The position numbers and the translations under genes are program-made. The notes under the pieces are model-generated. The model made no database searches and was not told the DNA's origin. It saw only the letters and a program-made list of their open reading frames with translations. A DNA stretch of 63,778 bases, the filler included, from Perkinsus chesapeaki ATCC PRA-425 (Eukaryota; Protista; Perkinsozoa): the NCBI GenBank assembly GCA_013115145.1. It is 5 parts of 5 records of this genome, joined end to end, with 100 filler letters (N's around TTAATTAATTAA, not from the genome) between each part and the next. Parts side by side here need not be neighbours in the genome. Positions count along the whole stretch, not along the records: positions 59,577 to 62,588 come from JAAPAO010001478.1; positions 62,689 to 63,778 come from JAAPAO010002217.1; 3 more parts are not named here. One strand, given 5' to 3'. Every line of letters starts with the position of its first letter. Position 1 is the first letter of the stretch. Of this stretch, positions 59,477 through 63,778 are shown one piece after another.

Positions 59477-59576
59477 NNNNNNNNNNNNNNNNNNNNNNNN
59501 NNNNNNNNNNNNNNNNNNNNTTAATTAATTAANNNNNNNNNNNNNNNNNNNNNNNNNNNNNNNNNNNNNNNNNNNN
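59477..59576. other. Artificial contig linker
   Basis: Ns with TTAATTAATTAA at 59521-59532. Confidence 0.99.
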
Positions 59577-62500
59577 CTCCAGTATCTGATTCTTCGTCCA
59601 ATGTGAACTCAAATTCGTCTCTTTGTGCTACAGCTGTTGATTCAGTTGCAACCAAGACAATTGGGGGACCGTGTGGCGCAAAGAATTTAGCTACTGAGAG
59701 CAAGAGCAATTTACCGTTCGTGGAACTACGCGTTCGTAGCGCGAAAATTCCCGCTTTACTAGATTCTGGTGCCTTTTGGAATTATGCTCCTTTATCGTTA
59801 TTGAAATCTTTGGGCTTCTCTGAAGCAGATTTCGAAAGTTGTGATGAATTGGTCACTTTAGCTAATGGTTCAAAAGGTCGTGTACTTGGTGTTATTGAGA
59901 TTGGAAGTTTGCCTTTTCGGGTATTGGACTCTGATTTGGAGTATTTTATCATCGGAGTTAAGTCTATGTATGAACTTGGTGTTAGTTTGTCCTTTGGTAA
60001 TGATACTTCGAAGAATTTCTTCGCAATAAGTATGGGACAGGCTCATGCGATTACCGCTCTGGCATCTACATATATTGGCAACAATAATGCTGTATGTACT
60101 ATTTGGTCTCCGAATCTTATGGAGAGCTCACTTACTGGGAAGAGTTGTGCGACTTGTGATTGGCAACCTGTAGTTGGTTCTGAAGGGTACCGTTGGCGAG
60201 CTAGGGAACTTACTGATGACGAGGACAAGGACACCCCCACTCAACAATTTACTATTGAAGTTGAGGTCCCTTATGATAAGGAGAAGATTGAGAGATACTC
60301 GGATGATTGAGAGATCGCACGGATTATGGTGAACAGATGGTTAAGAAGCTGGATGTTGTGGATCAGCAAAAGTTCAATGATGAGGTGGAGAAGTATGAAT
60401 CGAAGAAATGGTGGAAGAAAATTGGCCCTTTGAGCTCTAATCCCCCTTCTCCTGATACACTGGTGGTCTTCCCGATTAAAGCTAAGAAAGTTGGTTCATC
60501 GACTCCTGTCCGCCCTGTACTTGATGCAAGATTGAGGAATCTGCATAGTCCACCGGGTTCATATTGTGGACCTAGTATCAGTACTATATTGTTGGACCTT
60601 CGTTTGAGGTACAAAAGATGTTCCCGTGTGATGGTTCGTGATGCCTCGTCTGCATTTTATAGAGTCCGGTTGGAACCTGGATCGGTGGTGGAATTGGTTG
60701 CTAATGGTATTCTATATAGGAGTTTACGCCTATGTTTTGGCCTGCGTGCAGGCCCATGTTGTTTATGGACTGCCCTTATATTCGTTCTTGACCGTTCTCT
60801 GGCTGAGTTACCGGAAGAGGTACAAAAACACTTATGGAACTGTGCTATTTATTTATATTTGGATGATCTTACCTTGGTTATTGACGAAGGTGGAGATTCA
60901 TCCTATGTTATCAATGGTAAATCGGTTGGAGATATACTAATCGATAAGGTTACGGAAGTAGCCTCTCGCTATGGTTTTGACTTTCCTCAAGCTAAAGGGT
61001 TTGATAGTGGTACTCAGAAGTGCTTCAAACATCTAGGTATTAACTGGTTATTTGACAATTCTGGTCCGGGTACCTTCAGCTTTTCGTGCGTTAAGCACGA
61101 GATTGGTTCATTCCGTGATTCGAATGGCCTTTTGAAGAGTAAGTGGTCTAAGCGAGATATTTATTCAGTTTCGGCTACAGTAAGCAGTGGTTGCGATCCT
61201 CTACTTATACATGGTCGTGAGCGTTTGGCTGGTGATATTCTGAAAATTCTATGTGGAGTACAGGCTAAAGGCTATGGTTGGGATGATGAATTTGATATTC
61301 TACCTTCTACGCCTATACACACAACCCTTACTCGATGTTTTGAGGTAATTGAGCAATACCTCAAGCATGACTGTGTGCATATGGTTCACGAATTACAGCC
61401 ACAAGACGAGCTCCACATTTATGTGGATGCGAGTTCTGTTGCCTGGTCCTGGGTTATGTATGGTTTTAGTGTGAACGATGCGAACGAGTATGAACTTCAG
61501 TCAGCTGCTGGTATTTTTAAGGGTTCTCAGTATAACTACCACATTAACCGTAAAGAGTTAATTGCTCTGTCTAAAGCGGTTTTAGCTGTTCATGGAGCTT
61601 TATGTGGCCGACGTGAACATCCACTAGTCTCAAGAGTCATTTTTTATAGTGATTCTCAAACGGTATGTAGATGGACTAATAATAAGAGCTCGGTTAAGAG
61701 TGTGGAACGAGTGGTGGTAAGAAGACTTACCGAGGCTATCCGTGAGACGATTGATGATCTTAAATCGGTTGGTACCACTGTACTGGTCAAGAAAGTTGAC
61801 ACTAAGGAGAACAGAGCAGATGAGTTATCAAGACTGCCATTACTATGGGGTTATGACCAGCTAAACTTCGATTGTCCTGTTAAGCCTATTTTCCATGACT
61901 CTGTACATGCAGTACAGGGGGGTGATATTTCTTCACTCGTTAGTGATAGCTCTGATGAACTTGAGCCAGAACTACTTGTAGGTGTACTTGCTCGTGATTC
62001 GTTGAAACATCTCCAACGCCAGTCTCCGTTTTGGAAACCGGTTGTAGAGTTTGTTGAATCCGGGAGGAAGGGTCGCCCGCTAGCGTCTGTTCTCAAAGCC
62101 GCAGAACGTGTTCGCTTAACCTCCGATGGAGTGCTCATGGGTTTGCGATTCCCACATGGTTCGGAATTGCAAGATGCTAGAGAAGTTTATATAGTTCCTG
62201 GTGATACTGTTGAGGGGCGTAATCTCTCCTTCCGCATTTGTTTAAGTATTCATAATGGTAACCATTACAATCCTCGTTATCTTCGTTATGAAGTATCTCG
62301 CAAGTTTGGTATCAATGGATTATCAAAACTTTGCAGTATGGTCTATCGGCAGTGTCAACGTTGTCAAGATGCTTTGGTTACAAGATTTTATAGAGGTTCT
62401 ATGGGATATACCGATATTCCTACTTCATGTGTATGGGATAGTGTATGTTGTGATATTGCTGGACCATTCCCCAGAGATGTTGATACTAACTTCACGGCGG

Positions 62501-62588
62501 CACTGGTTTGTGTGGATATGTATTCGCACTATGCTATTATTATTGGTTTGCGTAACCAGAAAACTCAGACTATCTGCAGCGCGCTCTC
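59577..62588 (+). mobile_element. Internal pol fragment of a BEL/Pao-like LTR retrotransposon (whole contig), one frameshift near 60307
   Basis: PR ALLDSGAF, RT RPVLDAR/DASSAF/RLCFG/YLDD, SKRDIYS...DPL...GWD, RNase H YVDASS/HINRKEL/YSDS/ENRADELSR, IN HNGNH...CQRC, CCDIAGPF. Confidence 0.9.
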
Positions 62589-62688
62589 NNNNNNNNNNNN
62601 NNNNNNNNNNNNNNNNNNNNNNNNNNNNNNNNTTAATTAATTAANNNNNNNNNNNNNNNNNNNNNNNNNNNNNNNNNNNNNNNNNNNN
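62589..62688. other. Artificial contig linker
   Basis: Ns with TTAATTAATTAA at 62633-62644. Confidence 0.99.
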
Positions 62689-63193
62689 TTACGGGATGTT
62701 TGCTTGGCTTAGGAAATCATGCTTGGTTTAAGGAGAGTAGCTTGGATTTAGGTAATTTTCCCGTGTTGAGTATGTAGGTCAACTAACACGAAAGTAGCCC
62801 GAGACCATGACGATGGTTCGGGTGGAGATCTACCACCACAGTTACATATGTCGATGCGACACTGTTACGTGAAAGTCGGCCATACCACGCCGTTAGTTCT
62901 TTATCCTAACTGAAGCCGCCGATCCACCAGCGAAAATGAGCTGCGTGAGCACGCTGAACAGATTTTCTTTGGATAACGTTTATCCTGCTTGATGATCGTA
63001 CAGTAATAGAGTCAGAAGAGACGTGAAACGCCCCACAGAAAAGCAAGGCTTCCCCACATCGCAGCGCACAACGTGCTGCCGGTCGATGTCACGGTGACAG
63101 CTAGATTATTGAGCACCATTTGCCTGTTAATTCGGACCCTCGATACGAGAGACTCGGTACGAAGATACTGCAGAGGGAAGCATGCCTAGAACA

Positions 63194-63778
63194 ATGGGTT
63201 TTCTTTTCTCTTGCCTAAGGTAGAGACATCCATATGTCGTTATTGAGCAAGTATGGCATCTGTGGCATCCTTCTCGCTTTAAACATCAGCCTTCTCGGTT
63301 TCCTCAGTGGTGACATTGTAATACACTGCTTTCCTTCACTCTCTTAGAGTACAACACAGGTTCTAACAGATCTGAGTGGCCCAGTCCCGATGCTTGGCGA
63401 AGGCGGCTACGACATGCAAGAAGTGGTTGCTCCAACAGCTACCGGCACGAAGCTCCAGGTATTTGGCGCCCCTGACCAGCTGTCAAGCTGGATTTGAGCA
63501 GCCGAAATTCTTATCATTTTTAACGGGTAGATATTGCTGTTTTGTAAATTATTTGTACCAACAAACTTCGGGGTTCAACTTCTTCCATAGGTAATCGCAT
63601 GGATCATGGGCCAGTGGCGAGGTGGCCGAATTGCGAGACGGGCGGCGCTCAGCAGCAACAAGGTAAGAACTGTTCGCGTACCATCCTGTTGATTCTCTTA
63701 CTGCTCAGCCTGAATCCCTCCGGCAGCTGGCGCTGCAAGTCGATAAAAGGATACCATCATTAACCATGCCGATACAGA
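63194..63778 (+). CDS. 3'-partial multi-exon gene, N-terminus resembling fatty-acid amide hydrolase/amidase
   Basis: Spliced MGFLFSCLSLLGFLSDLSGPVPMLGEGGYDMQEVVAPTATGTKLQVIAWIMGQWRGG; catalytic amidase signature lies outside the window. Confidence 0.4.

Overview
Eukaryotic protist DNA, not prokaryotic: many short GT-AG introns (about 40-60 nt), no operons, no CRISPR. Small secreted-protein families and the retroelement types suggest a Perkinsus-like alveolate (inference). The window is an artificial concatenation of five contigs (1-16616, 16717-47984, 48085-59476, 59577-62588, 62689-63778) joined by 100-bp N-TTAATTAATTAA-N linkers, so adjacency across linkers is meaningless. It holds one degenerate Ty3/Gypsy element with an extra downstream ORF, several LTR elements with BEL/Pao-like pol motifs (one with an uninterrupted ORF), a 1.7-kb inverted-repeat-bounded gag-like element, and two minisatellites. 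Host genes reconstructed by hand across introns: RING-H2 ligase, alpha/beta pseudo-hydrolase, TsaE and TsaD, a SAMHD1-like dNTPase, ADI1, a tandem CCCH protein, NLE1, a SWIB protein and several secreted proteins. Two observations stand out. (1) A bacterial-type TsaE ATPase gene can be spliced in frame to a Qri7/GCP1-type TsaD, predicting one 646-aa TsaE-TsaD t6A enzyme in a eukaryote. (2) Non-coding DNA, especially 56.7-59.3 kb, is packed with chained perfect palindromes centred on a single unpaired base. All exon structures and family calls come from manual translation and motif recognition; no database searches were run.
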